DNA of 38,034 bases from the NCBI GenBank assembly GCA_964512475.1, contig CAZEHG010000001.1, positions 1 through 38,034 on the forward strand. The letters run 5' to 3'. This DNA comes from an uncultured Atopobium sp. (lineage in GTDB: Bacteria > Actinomycetota > Coriobacteriia > Coriobacteriales > Atopobiaceae). The notes under the pieces are model-generated. The model saw only the letters and a list, made by a program, of their open reading frames with translations, did no database searches and was not told the DNA's origin. Below are positions 37,063 through 38,034 of this stretch, one piece after another. Each line of letters starts with the position of its first letter. Position 1 is the first letter of the stretch. The position numbers and the translations under genes were made by a program.

Positions 37063-37085
37063 TCGGATAACTCGGAATTATCCGA
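37063..37085. promoter_or_regulatory. Palindrome in the AT-rich leader of the RAMP gene
   Basis: tcggataa-ctcggaa-ttatccga, with RBS AGGAG just before ATG37116. Confidence 0.6.
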
Positions 37086-37115
37086 ATGACGTTGATTTAG
37101 TTAGGAGACTTATAC

Positions 37116-37739
37116 ATGTTACTCAAGAAGGTCAGGCTCACCTTTACCGAGGAGGTGCTCGGCTCCATGCCGAACAACCCCGACATCTACCGCGAGTTCA
37201 TCGCGAGCAAGGGGCCGGACGCCGAGAGCGCTGAGGACGAGGTCGCACGCCTTGGGGCGGACGCCGTGGCGGACAAGGGGACAACGGTGTTCCCGAGGCT
37301 CGACGACGGCACGCCTTACATCTACGATTACCAGGTAAAAGGCTTCTTCAAGGACGCCTGCGGCTCCCTTCGCCGCGCGACCGGCTCGAAGTCCTCGAAG
37401 CTCAAGGCGTACAAGAAGACGATCGACGGCGTTGTCTTCATCCAGGAGCGCCGCATCCCGTACAAGGTCCCGGCCTCGGCCGAGTCGGCAAACTGCGTCC
37501 GGCCGCTGAGGGCGCAGACAGCGCAGGGTGAGCGCGTGGCCCTCGCGGAGTCCGAGACCGTTCCGGCCGGCTCCGAGATCGAGTTCACGGTCGTGCTTCT
37601 CGACGACGCTCTCTGGCCCACGGTCGCGGAGTGGCTCACGTACGGGCAGTTGCGCGGGATCGGGCAGTGGCGAAACAGCGGCAAGGGACGGTTCCTCTGG
37701 AAGCTCGTCGGCGAGAAGAAGCTCGGAACCCTCGGCTAG
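37116..37739 (+). CDS. Stand-alone Cas7/Csm3-like RAMP protein
   Basis: RAMP hallmarks: N-terminal strand VRLTFTEEVLG, GTPYIYDYQVKGFFK (cf. Csm3 PyIPGSslKG), ETVPAGSEIEFTV, and C-terminal glycine-rich loop RGIGQWRNSGKGRF. Confidence 0.8.
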   Translation: MLLKKVRLTFTEEVLGSMPNNPDIYREFIASKGPDAESAEDEVARLGADAVADKGTTVFPRLDDGTPYIYDYQVKGFFKDACGSLRRATGSKSSKLKAYKKTIDGVVFIQERRIPYKVPASAESANCVRPLRAQTAQGERVALAESETVPAGSEIEFTVVLLDDALWPTVAEWLTYGQLRGIGQWRNSGKGRFLWKLVGEKKLGTLG

Positions 37740-37740
37740 G

Positions 37741-38034
37741 GAGACGCGTGGACGGAACTGAACAGCCGGGGCATTGCAAGGCTTTGCACAGCAGTGGCGA
37801 CGCGTAGCATGGACTGCTTCGCACGGCTACGGCTGCGCGGAGAATCGCTCCGACACGAGTGGAACGGCGGCGACAAAGCCTAGTCGGCGCTGCATGGAAG
37901 AGCGGCGGCGAAGCACCGCGGAGACGCGATCGGCATCGCATCGGCGCACCACCGCAAAGGCCCAGCATGGAAGAGCGGAGGCGAAGCACCGCGGAGACGC
38001 GATCGGCATCGCATCGGCGCACCACCGCAAAGGC
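37741..38034 (+). ncRNA. Period-5 G[C/A]NNN array; putative guide-RNA locus of the RAMP protein (continues at 56-181)
   Basis: Starts 1 nt after the RAMP stop. Examples: gcatt gcaag gcttt gcaca gcagt (37771-37795) and nine consecutive units at 37832-37876. Confidence 0.7.
37892..38034 (+). repeat. 73-bp tandem repeat (copies at 37892, 37965 and, across the junction, 59)
   Basis: gcatggaagagcgg(c/a)ggcgaagcaccgcggagacgcgatcggcatcgcatcggcgcaccaccgcaaaggccca. Confidence 0.95.

Larger units (their letters stand above)
1..38034. mobile_element. Complete temperate siphovirus genome (circular/excised form)
   Basis: Full set of packaging, head, tail, lysis, integration, immunity and replication modules in canonical order. 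attP-like region between lysin and integrase is intact, no host genes are seen, and the ends overlap by 55 bp. Confidence 0.95.

Noticed and set aside
37636..38030. Minus-strand ORFs over the array (37636-38025, 37827-38030)
   Set aside because: No RBS, antisense to the operon, and the sequence has period 5 rather than 3.
37892..38034. 73-bp repeat as a canonical CRISPR array
   Set aside because: Copies are directly adjacent with no unique spacers, and no cas1/cas2/cas6 is present.

Overview
The window appears to be a complete, circularly assembled ~38 kb temperate siphovirus genome of high GC. The host is probably an actinobacterium such as a gut Coriobacteriia member, which is an inference. 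Bases 1-55 are identical to 37980-38034. Gene order on the + strand: accessory early genes, RinA/ArpU-like late activator, two morons, adenine methyltransferase, HNH, terS/terL, portal, MuF-like minor head protein with a C-terminal PD-(D/E)xK toxin-like domain, scaffold, capsid, neck, tail (frameshifted chaperone, tape measure, Dit, Tal, receptor-binding protein), holins, a BspA-LRR cassette and an amidase endolysin. These are followed by an intact attP, integrase, a cI/cro switch, antirepressor, a large structured non-coding region, Xis-like, SSB and a short replication initiator. The standout is 35.5-38.0 kb, wrapping to base 181: a stand-alone Cas7/Csm3-like RAMP gene (37116-37739) with no other cas gene and no CRISPR array. 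It is followed immediately by ~420 bp of non-coding DNA built from period-5 G[C/A]NNN units, including a 73-bp unit present about three times. A second, more degenerate array of the same grammar (35584-35827) lies upstream, and a second tyrosine recombinase sits between the two. This looks like a phage-encoded RAMP plus pentamer-coded guide-RNA system. All protein calls are from motif recognition and synteny, not database searches.
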